Of a stretch of DNA of 64,000 nucleotides, positions 52,658 through 62,982 are shown one piece after another; the stretch's first letter is position 1, and each line of letters starts with the position of its first letter. The stretch is from an uncultured Arcobacter sp. (GTDB lineage Bacteria > Campylobacterota > Campylobacteria > Campylobacterales > Arcobacteraceae). Made by a program: the position numbers and the translations under genes. The notes under the pieces are model-generated. The model had not been told where the DNA came from, ran no database searches, and saw only the letters and a list, made by a program, of their open reading frames with translations. Location of the stretch: the NCBI GenBank assembly GCA_965140705.1, contig OZ223302.1:64001-128000 (forward strand). The letters are read 5' to 3'.

Positions 52658-53590
52658 ATGAAAAAAGCTATCCAAAAATACAACTAAATTAAAAGCCCAC
52701 ATACTAATTTTTGGACTCCAGAAGAGGATTAAAAATTAATAGAAAAAGTGATTGAATATAGAGCCAAAAATTGGAAGGCCATATCATCTTGCTTAACAAA
52801 TCGATCACCTCTATCTTGTTCCTTTCGTTGGTCAAAAATCAAAGGAGAATAACAAATAAATGTTGAGGCAAAATTCACAAAATAATAGGATGAACTCTTA
52901 TTAGAGTTGGTAAATAAGTATGGTTAATTGAACTTTATTTGATTGTATTATTATTATTTTTTATAAGGTTAAAAATGGAAATTGCTGGAATAATTCTTTG
53001 AAAATAAGTCAAATAAATAGATTAGAGAGAGATATCTCAATAAAATAAGGTATTGGCTTATAACTATTTTTTTTTTTTTTTTTTTTTTTTGTTTTGGTTT
53101 TTTTTGTTTTTTTTTGTTTTTTTTTGAAATCAAACTATTGCCAATTTATATTTTTGATTAGAAAGTTTTTATAATTTTTTAATTTTAATTTTTTTAAATT
53201 TAATTTTTTTCTTTAAGGCCTGGAATAAACACAAAAAAATTCAGTGACGAAGAAGATTAGGAATTGAATCAGTTATCACATTAATATGGCAAACGCTGGA
53301 GTTTTATTGGAAAATTAATGAATCGTAGTGAAAATAGCATTAAAAATAGATTTTATTCTAAAATTGCTAAACAAAATTAGGAGGAACTTTAAATTTAATT
53401 AATTAAAGTTGAGTAATAATAAGAAAAATTAGCATCATAGGAAATTAAAGAAATTACTATTTAGTAATAAATAATTTCATAATATTATTTCAGATAAATA
53501 GACAATAAAAGCAATTAATAATCTTAAATTATCAATACTGATCACTTTTTTTCAGATTATTAAGATTAAAAAAATTGTATAGAAGAATGA
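52658..53590 (+). CDS. Three-repeat Myb, copy 4 (tandem cluster)
   Basis: MKKAIQKYNQIKSPHTNFWTPEEDQKL...; three Myb repeats with TGG at the conserved Trp; same introns as the other copies; TGA at 53588-53590. Confidence 0.85.
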
Positions 53591-53969
53591 TAATAGAGAT
53601 AAATACATAAAATTTAATTTTATAAAATAATTTATTCATAAAATAAAATGGTTATATAATGCATTGCAATTAAATATTTATTATAAAATTCTGGCAAAAT
53701 AAAATTTTAAATAAATTTCAAAATTAGTAATAAGCAAACTATTATATTGTAATTATTTTTTATATTGAATTATTAAAATAAATTTAATGGAAATTAAATA
53801 AAAAAGAGAATTTGTAAGTCATGACATTTTAATTTTTTAAATTAAAATTTATTTTTAAATACTTCTTTATTATTTTATTTTATTTACCTCTTTAATTTTT
53901 AACAAAGCAAAAAAAAACAACTAAACTCAATTTAATTAAACTTATACATAAAATTTTTGCAATATTGAA

Positions 53970-56927
53970 ATGGGTAAACTTTTTAAATCTTTAATAAATA
54001 TTTAGAATCCTTGCTCAATAAATAAAAATAAATAGCAGAGGATATAAAATAGCATTCAGGAAATGAATTAAAATATTAAGAATTAATACTAAATTATTTT
54101 AATGAAATTAATTAAATTAGTTCATAAGTTAAGGGATTATTTTTAGTGATAAATAATACTAAAGGGCAAATAAAATACCGATAAAAATTTCAAAAGTGCT
54201 GCATTATCAAATTGCTATGAAAAATAATTGCAATAATTATATAAACTATAGAAATAAGGTTTCCCTTTATTTTTTCTGACAAAAAATCTAATTAGTAAGT
54301 GGATATGCTTACGATTTACGTGAAGTGTCACTTAATTTTAATAAAATAACTCTTGAAATTTCTATTGTATATAGTTATATTTATTTTTGTTGCAATTTCT
54401 TCTTATTAGAAAATAATTCAAGCAAATCAAAACATTACACGTTTCCTGATAAATTTTAAATTGAAGAATAAGCAATATTTTAAATTCTTTAATTATATAT
54501 ACTTATTTTAGAGTGCCTATTAAAAGAATGAAACTCTTTATAAAACCTTAAAAACATTAGAATGAAATACTAATAATTTTTCTGAATATTAATTTAGAAT
54601 TGTATTTACTCCTCCATAAAGAAAATAATTATGTTGTTTATATTTTATAAACATGGATTAAGTAAATATATATTTTTTTTTTTTTGTAAATAATAATTGT
54701 AAACAAAGTTAATTTGGGTGCGCGATGCTTTAACAATCAAGCGCTACCGAGATTTTATTTCAATTCAACTTAATAGCATTTTAAGATCCAATGCTCCAAC
54801 TGAAGAAGAAAAAATTATGACTAGAAAAAATTAATTTGTGAAATTTGCTGCTAATTTTTATAAATTAGAAGTAATAAAAAAATAATTTGAATAAGATATG
54901 AATTTCGGTTTCGGTGATTTTGATGATGATAATGATCAATCTAATAATAATAATAGTAATAATAATAATAATGATAATAATAATAAAGAATCTGAGCATT
55001 AAGAAATTACCGATTATAATTAAAATAATTAAGAATAAGAAATTTATTCAATTCATCGAGAAAAAGAAGAATAGTTTGAAGCAGAGTAAGTTCATATTGA
55101 TCGTATTAAAGATCATCAAATTAATTAAAATGAATAATAATAATAATAATAAGAATACTAATAAGTAATTGAAACAAATTATTAATAAATTGAACTAAAT
55201 AATAATAATAATGAAGAAGAAATAAAATAATTAGATATTGGAAGATAAAAACATACAAGTGATTATGAGATGCAATAAAAATTTAATCCAATTAAAAGAT
55301 AGTATTAAACGCTTGGCGGTATAGAAAATTCTGACTTTAAGAATTCATTCGGATTTCTTGATGAAAATAGTGCATTTGATGTAATTATTTAAAAAATAGG
55401 TTATTTTATTTGTTTTAAATTGAGTTCAGGAATGTTTAAACTTTAAATTCGAGATGGAAAAATTAAATTATTAGAAAATAAAGCAATGTTGTACTCTAAA
55501 AAAGGTAAGAGGAATTGGAAGGAAATTGAAATTCGTTCCGATGCTGAATTCCAAACAAGAGTTTATCTTTTTTTTGGTTTTCAATAACATTTAAAAAAGG
55601 AACAATTTATGGAATAAAAACAGAAATCATATAGTAAAAAGCTTGATTGGAATTAATCCAGTGTGAGTAAATACAGTAAACGATTTTTAATGAAAAAAAA
55701 GCTGTCAAAGGGTAAGAAAAAAAGCAATTACCTTGCAATTTATTTTGATGATAACTCACTATGGGACTTTTTAACTCAATTATTTAAACATTCTCCAGCT
55801 ACTGAAAATGTTGAAGAGCCTCTTGAAAACAATAGTTCTTAAGACCATAATCATGAAGAATAAAATACTATTAATAATAATAATAATAATGCTCTAAATA
55901 CTGAATAAAATGAACCTCATTTAAGTAATCAATCCATGCATAGTTTATCTAAATCTAATAACCAAGAGCCAAATAGTGAACTGGACCATGCAATGGTTGA
56001 ACGGAATGATGATGAATAGGAATAGGAAGAAATTTTATAGAATAGCAATCTTATTGATAATGAACTCAAATAAAGGATTAATGAATAGTAATTATTAGAG
56101 CCTTTAGAAATTTTAGAGGAAGAATAATAGTAGTAGTAATAAGAAGAAGATGAAGATGAATAATTAGGCGGCTTGATGTAATATTTACCAGGCGAAGCAA
56201 CAAATAAATAAAATCATGATGATATAAATTTTGAGCCGGATGATTCAGACTAGGACTACTAGCAATAACAAGAATAATAAGAATAACAGCCGCCAAGCAT
56301 TAAAGACCCTTACGATTTAGAACTATCGCCACGTGAATTCGAAGTGTCTCCTCTCAAATAAGACAATATAATTCCAATTAATTCAGAAGAGCTTCTCTAA
56401 CCTTAACTGTTCTAAAATCCACGAGTAATGATTGATGAGAAATTAAGGAAAAGCTATACTTAAGTGCATTAAGAATTATAGTCATTGTTTAAGAAAGAAG
56501 AGTTTGTGAAAAAAAAATAAATAATGAAGGAGGAGGAGGAAGAAGAAGGAGAAATTTCTATTGAAATTTCTATGGGGAATGACGATGAGGCTGAAAAGGA
56601 ATAGGAATAGTTGAAGGAAAATAATAATCCAAATATTTAGGTTATTTGTTTTAATTTTTAGTATTGTAATTTGAAGGAGAATTAAGAGAAATAAATTAAG
56701 GAAGAAATAGAAGAAAAAAAAGATAAAGAGGATTCTGTAAATAAAATTTAGTAGGTTTAATTAAGGGATCACACTTCAGAACCTAATTCAGTATTAATTA
56801 ATGAAAGGAAAAATTCAGTAATTTTTTTAATAATATTATTGTGATTTTGTTTTGCAAGTAACATTTTAAAAAAGATAATGCGATTAATTAGAAGTCTGAA
56901 TCGTGTGCTATGTGCAACATTTTTTGA
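53970..56927 (+). CDS. Hypothetical multi-exon N/Q/E/D-rich protein ending in a CaaX-like motif
   Basis: Probable ATG 53970; long low-complexity exons; last exon DNAINQKSESCAMCNIF-TGA at 56925-56927. Confidence 0.55.
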
Positions 56928-57008
56928 TAATCAAATTTAATTAATTAAATTAAATAGCAAAATTAATAATTAGAAAAAAATTGTTTTGTTTTTTACTATT
57001 TATAAATT

Positions 57009-57461
57009 TTAAATACAACCCCATTTATTATTTGAAAATTGTACAAAAGCAACCCCATCCATAAACTCTTTTGCATCTAAATAAAAAGGTTTTTGCACTA
57101 CTTTAAAGTCTTTATTTACATAACCATATTTATCATTTTCTTTTATTATAAAAAAATTATTATACAACTTTGAAATATAGTCATATTTTGGTTCTAATAA
57201 AAACTCATTAGCATCATTGATTATTCCATATTTATTATTTTGTCGCACAATAGAATAATATTCACTATCTTTATTTTTTTCATTAGCACTTGCAAATGGA
57301 TTAGCATCTTCATATTCTTTATTGGGGCTAAGTTTATCTTTTTCTTGTAACATCATATATTTATTATCTTTTATTACAAGTAATGAATTATCTTTTGAAC
57401 TACACCCCATTATAAAAAAAGAGCTAGTAATAGTTAAAACTACTAAACTAAGTTTATTCAT
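57009..57461 (-). CDS. Bacterial WG-repeat lipoprotein, apparently truncated at the junction
   Basis: Signal peptide with lipobox (FIMG-C); KYGIIN, KYGYVN and KWGCI repeats; stops mid-repeat at the eukaryote/bacterium boundary; AGGA RBS upstream. Confidence 0.8.
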   Translation of the reverse strand: MNKLSLVVLTITSSFFIMGCSSKDNSLLVIKDNKYMMLQEKDKLSPNKEYEDANPFASANEKNKDSEYYSIVRQNNKYGIINDANEFLLEPKYDYISKLYNNFFIIKENDKYGYVNKDFKVVQKPFYLDAKEFMDGVAFVQFSNNKWGCI

Positions 57462-57473
57462 AATATTTCCTTT

Positions 57474-58913
57474 TTATCTTTCATGTAAAGCATTATCTTT
57501 TGTTTTTAAAATAGGTTTTAAAATAAAATCAAGTATAGTTTTTTTACCTGTAATAATGTCAACTGTTGCAACCATACCTGGTATAATTGGAAGTTTTACT
57601 CCATTTCTTTCAAGATAGTTTTTATTTGTTTTTACTAAAACTCTATAATAACTTTTACCCTCTTTTGATTCTTTATCTACAATACTATCAGCAGATATTT
57701 CAATAATTTTACCCTTAAGTCCCCCATAAATAGAAAAATCATATGCAGTAATTTTTACTATAGCTTTTTGACTTGGATTAATAAAGGCAATATCTTTTGG
57801 ACTAATTTTTGCTTCCACAACTAAAACATCACTTTCAGGAACTATTTCCATAAGGTCAACTCCTGGTTGAACAACTCCTCCAATTGTATTATAATAAAGC
57901 TCTTTTACTATTCCATCAACTGGTGAAGTAATAGTTGTTTTTGCAACTTTATCCTTATCTCCTACCATTTTTGCTTCAAATTTATTAATTGAACTTGCAG
58001 TTTCTTGAAGCTTTTTAGAAGCATCTGCTTTAAAAGTATTAATTTTTTCTGTTATTCTACTTTTTGCTTCATTAATTGCCAGTTTTGATCTTTTTACTGA
58101 TAATAAGGCAGCTTCCAAATCACCTGTTGTTTTGTTATACTCTTTTTCTACATCCAATAAATCATATTTTGATTTAACACCTCTATTTACAAGTCTTTGA
58201 ATTGTAACTCTTTGTTCTTTTATAATATTATAGCTTTTACTCAAGTTTTTGATTGTATTTTCTATTTCTTTTAACTCTTGTTCTTTTTGACCTACTTGAT
58301 TTTCTAATACTTTTACAGATGATTTTAATTCATTAAATCTATTTACTAATAAACTTTTCTCTAAAATATCATATCTAGAAGGATCATTCATAACCTCTTT
58401 GGGAAATACTAAAGTAGGTAACTCTTTATTTATATCAATATTTGATTCAACCTCTAATCTTACTTTCACAGCAAGTAGACTTAGATACTCTTGTTTACTC
58501 TCTTCTAGCGTTGCTTGAAATCTTGTGGTATCAATTTTCATCAAAGGAGTACCTTTTTTTACAACTTGTCCCTCTTTTACTAAAATTTCTGAAATAATTC
58601 CACCATCAAGTGATTGTATTTTTTGTATTTTATCTGTAGGGATTACTTTCCCTTGACCTCTGGCTAATTCATCAATTTCTGCAAAGGCTGCCCAAATTAT
58701 TGCAATTGTAAATAATGAAATAATAAATAAAAAAAGTACATTTGCAAGCTTTGTTGGACTTTCATTTGCATTTGAATAACTTGTATATATAAATTCTAAA
58801 TCTTTAGTTTCTGGATCTTCTAGTCCATAAAGTTTTTTAAACCAGCCAGTAATATTACCACTTAAGTCTTTTACATTAATTACTTGCGACAATAATAATC
58901 TTACTTTACTCAT
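57474..58913 (-). CDS. HlyD-family type I secretion periplasmic adaptor (LapC-like)
   Basis: TM helix, ARGQGKVIP, IQSLDGGII, VKEGQVVKKG, ITSPVDGIV, IIPGMVATVDIITGKKTILDFILKP; ATG at 58913 overlaps the ABC gene stop (ATGAGTAA). Confidence 0.95.
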   Translation of the reverse strand: MSKVRLLLSQVINVKDLSGNITGWFKKLYGLEDPETKDLEFIYTSYSNANESPTKLANVLFLFIISLFTIAIIWAAFAEIDELARGQGKVIPTDKIQKIQSLDGGIISEILVKEGQVVKKGTPLMKIDTTRFQATLEESKQEYLSLLAVKVRLEVESNIDINKELPTLVFPKEVMNDPSRYDILEKSLLVNRFNELKSSVKVLENQVGQKEQELKEIENTIKNLSKSYNIIKEQRVTIQRLVNRGVKSKYDLLDVEKEYNKTTGDLEAALLSVKRSKLAINEAKSRITEKINTFKADASKKLQETASSINKFEAKMVGDKDKVAKTTITSPVDGIVKELYYNTIGGVVQPGVDLMEIVPESDVLVVEAKISPKDIAFINPSQKAIVKITAYDFSIYGGLKGKIIEISADSIVDKESKEGKSYYRVLVKTNKNYLERNGVKLPIIPGMVATVDIITGKKTILDFILKPILKTKDNALHER

Positions 58914-61068
58914 TTTTGCCACCTTGATTTAAATTGTATAAAGACTCTTTTGGACCATCAAACACAATTCCTCCATTGTCTAATACAATTACTCTGTCAA
59001 CAAGTTCTAATATTGAAGTTTTGTGAGTAACTATAATTACAGTTTTATCTTCTATTATATTTTTTAACTTTCCTATAAAAGCTTTTTCAGTTTGACTATC
59101 CATAGAGTTTGTTGGTTCATCTAACATTAAAATATTTGGGTTAGAGATAAGTGCTCTTGCTAAAGTTACACTTTGTCTCTCCCCTCCACTTAAACCATCT
59201 CCTCTTTCACCTACCATTAAATCAAAACCTGCTTCATGTCTACCTAAGAATTCATCAAGACCAGCTATTTTTGATACAGATATTAATTCTTCATCAGATA
59301 CGTATTGTTCACCAATTGTTATATTATCTTTTATTGTTCCCATAAATAAAAATGGCTCTTGGGGAACTACTCCAATTGAACTTCTTAAGTCAATAGGATC
59401 TATTTGTCTAACATCAACTTCATCAACTAATATTGAACCATTAGTAGGTTCATATAGATTCATAATAAGTTTTAATAAAGTAGATTTACCCGTACCAATT
59501 TTCCCTAAAATTGCTACTTTTTCACCTTTTTTAATTCTCACGTTAAGATTATTAAGAATTTTATATTTACTCTCTTTATATGAAAATTCAACATTTTTAA
59601 ATTCAATATCACCATTTAAATTAGGTCTACTAATGTAGTTTTTGTTTTCTTTCTCAACTGGCATTTTCATAATTTCATCTAAGTTATTTAGTGAAAGCAT
59701 TGTTTTATCGTATCTCATTATTAAAGAAACTAGTTGTGAAACAGGAGCTATTGTTCTACCATTTAACATCATTGATGCAATAATTGCACCCATTGTAATA
59801 TCACCTTTAGCTGCTAAATAAACTCCACCTGCTACAATTGCTATATTTGAAAACTGTGCTATATAAGCTGTAAAGAATGTAATGCTTTGAGATAAAAATT
59901 GACCCTTATCTGCATAATGCACAGTTTTACCAACACTTTGGTCCCAATTTGTCCTCATTCTATTTTGAGCTTTTACACTTTTAATAATTTCAAGACCAGT
60001 AACTGTTTCAATCAAAGTAGTTTGTTTTATTTGCTCTTCTTTTACTGATTTTTCTATTATACTTCTAAGAGGTCTTTGCATATACCAAGATGTAGCAATT
60101 GAAATAGCAACAGTAGCAAGAGTAATTAAAACAAGTGGCCCAGAGATATAAAATATGACAATTATAAAAAATACTGCAAAAGGAAAATCCACAAAAGCTG
60201 CAACAGTTGCACTTGTAAAAAACTCTCTAACACTCTCAAAAGATTGTAATCTACTTACAAATTGTCCAGTTGAGGCCGGCTTTGAATCAATTTTTATATT
60301 CAATACATGATTAAAGATTTTATTTGCAATAATAGTATCAGTTCTTTTACTAGCTATTCCTAAAAAATAGGATCTTAATATTTTCATTATAAAATCAAAT
60401 AACATCACAAAACTAATACCAATAAAAAGTACCCACATAGTAGCAATAGCATTATTTGGCAAAACTCTATCATATACATTCATTGTAAATAAAGGTGTTG
60501 CTAAAATAAAAAGATTTATAAATAATGATACTAATATAACTTGATTATAAAGTCCTCTATTTCTAGCTAGTGTTCCCCAAAACCACTCTTTTGGTGTCTC
60601 TATTAAAATCTCTTTTTCTATTCTATTATTAAAATTATATTCTGGTTTTATAATTACCACTTCATTCATAAACTCTGAATTTAATTTTTCTAAAGATATT
60701 TCACTCTCTCCTGAGCTAACACCAGGAAGTATTATTTTAGCAATAGAGGTTTTTTCATTATAATCTAAAAGTACACAAGATCTATTTTTTTCCAATATTA
60801 AAACTGCGGGTAATGCAAGTTTTGTAAGATCTTGCACTTTTTCTCTTTTTACAGTTTTTGTTGTTAATCCAATTCTTTTAGCAGCTTTTATAAACATAGG
60901 TAAATCAAAAGACCTATTATGTATTGGGAGATTAAATTTTAGAGAACCTGCTGATGTTTCTCTTTTATAATATTTTGCTAAAAAAAGTAAACACTCTAAT
61001 AATGTATCTACTTTTCTTCTATCTTGTAAGGTATTTAAATCTCGTTCTTTCTCTTCTGCATTATTCAA
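58906..61068 (-). CDS. Type I secretion ABC permease/ATPase with N-terminal C39-like domain (LapB/LssB-like)
   Basis: PLFTMNVYDRVLP, Walker A GKIGTGKST, signature LSGGERQ, Walker B ILMLDEPT; 720 aa; TTG start. Confidence 0.96.
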   Translation of the reverse strand: MNNAEEKERDLNTLQDRRKVDTLLECLLFLAKYYKRETSAGSLKFNLPIHNRSFDLPMFIKAAKRIGLTTKTVKREKVQDLTKLALPAVLILEKNRSCVLLDYNEKTSIAKIILPGVSSGESEISLEKLNSEFMNEVVIIKPEYNFNNRIEKEILIETPKEWFWGTLARNRGLYNQVILVSLFINLFILATPLFTMNVYDRVLPNNAIATMWVLFIGISFVMLFDFIMKILRSYFLGIASKRTDTIIANKIFNHVLNIKIDSKPASTGQFVSRLQSFESVREFFTSATVAAFVDFPFAVFFIIVIFYISGPLVLITLATVAISIATSWYMQRPLRSIIEKSVKEEQIKQTTLIETVTGLEIIKSVKAQNRMRTNWDQSVGKTVHYADKGQFLSQSITFFTAYIAQFSNIAIVAGGVYLAAKGDITMGAIIASMMLNGRTIAPVSQLVSLIMRYDKTMLSLNNLDEIMKMPVEKENKNYISRPNLNGDIEFKNVEFSYKESKYKILNNLNVRIKKGEKVAILGKIGTGKSTLLKLIMNLYEPTNGSILVDEVDVRQIDPIDLRSSIGVVPQEPFLFMGTIKDNITIGEQYVSDEELISVSKIAGLDEFLGRHEAGFDLMVGERGDGLSGGERQSVTLARALISNPNILMLDEPTNSMDSQTEKAFIGKLKNIIEDKTVIIVTHKTSILELVDRVIVLDNGGIVFDGPKESLYNLNQGGKNE

Positions 61069-61088
61069 AATAAACCTTTCTTATAATT

Positions 61089-62903
61089 TTAATTATACTT
61101 TAAATACAACTCTTGATGCTTACTTATCCTATCAATTAATGGATTGTTTTCACTCAATTTTTTAGCTAATACTTTAATTTCTTCTTTTGCAGCTGTAGGA
61201 GTTTTATAAACTCCATATAAAACTTTTGTATATTTTTTACCTTTTCCAAATTCATAAATAAAGGCTTTATCAGCTATATTATTATTTAAAACAAATTCTC
61301 TAGCTCTATCTAGTTTAGTAAAAGTTGCTAAATTTATGGTAAAACTATTTTTGGGTGCAGATAATAAAGCATTATCCCTATTAATTTCTTTTTTACTTAA
61401 ATCTTTTTTCTTCTCAGGCTTATTTTCTAAGTTTAATGCCTTTTCTATATCAGAAATTTCTTTTTTTTCTTTTTTTTGAGATAACTTAAAAGATTCAATA
61501 ATAGAACTATCAGAATCACTTATCAAACTATTTAAATCTTCTTGTGTAGTCTTATTTTGTTTATCTGGTGCAAACTCTATTATTCTTGGTTTTACCTCTT
61601 CACAGTTTTGATTCTTTGATTCTAATATATTATCTGTCAATGATGAGAAATTATACATTAATTGATAATAGTTTACTATTCTATTATATTCTAAATCTAT
61701 TAATGTTTTTACTGATTCGAACAGTTCATCTTGGGCATTTAATATATCTATAAAAGTCCTTGTCCCTGCTGAAAATTGCTCTTTATATATATCTACTATA
61801 TTTGTATTAGCTTTTACATATTCTTCTACTTCTGATATTCTTTCTTTATATTTCTCATTTTTCCCATACAGTGATTTTACATTTGAAACTATTTCACCTG
61901 TGATATCATCTAGATTCTTTTTTTGTTCATTTAAAAATATTCTCTCTTGTTCTGTTGCTACTTTATCTTTGTTCCCATTATACAAGTTCCAGTTAAAATT
62001 CAATCTTGCTGCAATATTTTTTGTTGTTCCATCTCCTAACAAATCTAAATCTTTATCCAATGAGGCTCTTAGTTCTAAGTTTAATTTAGGCAGAAATTCA
62101 CCTTTTGCTTGTACTATTTTCTCTCTTTGTGCTTTTATCTTTTCTATTTGTTCTTTTATTTTACTATTATTTAATATTGCTCTTTTGATAGCTTCTTCTA
62201 ATGTTTTTGGTATCTTTGTCTCATCTATTACAGGTCTACACATTTTACCTTTTGGTTTTACACCTACATATCTTGTATATGATGCGATTGCTGTATCTTT
62301 TTGATCTTCTTCATCTATATATTTGTTTTTTACTAAATGCAATTTTGATGATACTTGATAGGTCTCTAATATCTCTCCACTTATCTTCTCATTCTCTTTT
62401 GCTATTGTCATATTATCTTCATTTAGTTTTACCATATTTTTGGTAACTCTTAATCTCTCATCACTTTTTACTAAATCCGTATATACTTTTACTGCTTCTA
62501 GTACTGTTGATTCTATTGTATCAAAGCTTCTATATCTATTTGACAAATCCTCATATTTTGATTGTGCTACTTGTGATGGTGTTATCCCTCCATCATACAA
62601 ATATTGTTTTAATATTACTGTTGCAACATATCCATCTTGTTTTGTCCATTGCCCATCTGTACTTGAACTCTTCCTATCCTTATTATCTTTTGAACTCTCT
62701 AAGTATGTCTGTAAATCTACTGTTGGCAGATAATTACCCTCTCGGTCATCTACATATTTACTGTACCCTTTTTGATTTTCTAGCTCAGATTGAACTTTTG
62801 GATTGTTTATTAAAACTTTTGATACTGTATCTTTTAAACTTACGGCATTTAAACTAATAGAAGAGAAATAAATAATTAGAATAATAAATAATAGTTTTTT
62901 CAT
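61089..62903 (-). CDS. TolC-family outer membrane protein with C-terminal SPOR-like domain (LapE/AggA-like)
   Basis: Signal MKKLLFIILIIYFSSISLNA (likely start 62903, AAGGA upstream); YLPTVDL, QYLYDGG, FLPKLNL, WNLYNG, QFSAGTRTFIDILNA; C-terminal FTINLATF...TKVLYGVYKTPTAAK. Confidence 0.92.
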   Translation of the reverse strand: MKKLLFIILIIYFSSISLNAVSLKDTVSKVLINNPKVQSELENQKGYSKYVDDREGNYLPTVDLQTYLESSKDNKDRKSSSTDGQWTKQDGYVATVILKQYLYDGGITPSQVAQSKYEDLSNRYRSFDTIESTVLEAVKVYTDLVKSDERLRVTKNMVKLNEDNMTIAKENEKISGEILETYQVSSKLHLVKNKYIDEEDQKDTAIASYTRYVGVKPKGKMCRPVIDETKIPKTLEEAIKRAILNNSKIKEQIEKIKAQREKIVQAKGEFLPKLNLELRASLDKDLDLLGDGTTKNIAARLNFNWNLYNGNKDKVATEQERIFLNEQKKNLDDITGEIVSNVKSLYGKNEKYKERISEVEEYVKANTNIVDIYKEQFSAGTRTFIDILNAQDELFESVKTLIDLEYNRIVNYYQLMYNFSSLTDNILESKNQNCEEVKPRIIEFAPDKQNKTTQEDLNSLISDSDSSIIESFKLSQKKEKKEISDIEKALNLENKPEKKKDLSKKEINRDNALLSAPKNSFTINLATFTKLDRAREFVLNNNIADKAFIYEFGKGKKYTKVLYGVYKTPTAAKEEIKVLAKKLSENNPLIDRISKHQELYLKYN

Positions 62904-62982
62904 ATATTTCCTTAAGATAAAACACACATATAATTTATTTTATTATATAATAATATGAATTATAGCAAAACTAGGTTAATAA

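Noticed and set aside
7586..53090. (TA)n runs (~7586, ~12824, ~47443) and poly-T tracts (~51723, ~53067)
   Set aside because: Ordinary microsatellites and homopolymers in AT-rich intergenic or intronic DNA
2943..56296. Short F/I/L/K-rich standard-code ORFs in the track (e.g. 2943, 5507, 6696, 30375, 36577, 42238, 45284, 54914, 56078)
   Set aside because: Chance ORFs in AT-rich DNA, lying antisense or out of frame to genes read with the ciliate code
56930..57010. Telomere addition site or mobile-element end at the junction
   Set aside because: No C4A2/C4A4-type repeats, terminal inverted repeats or target-site duplication visible
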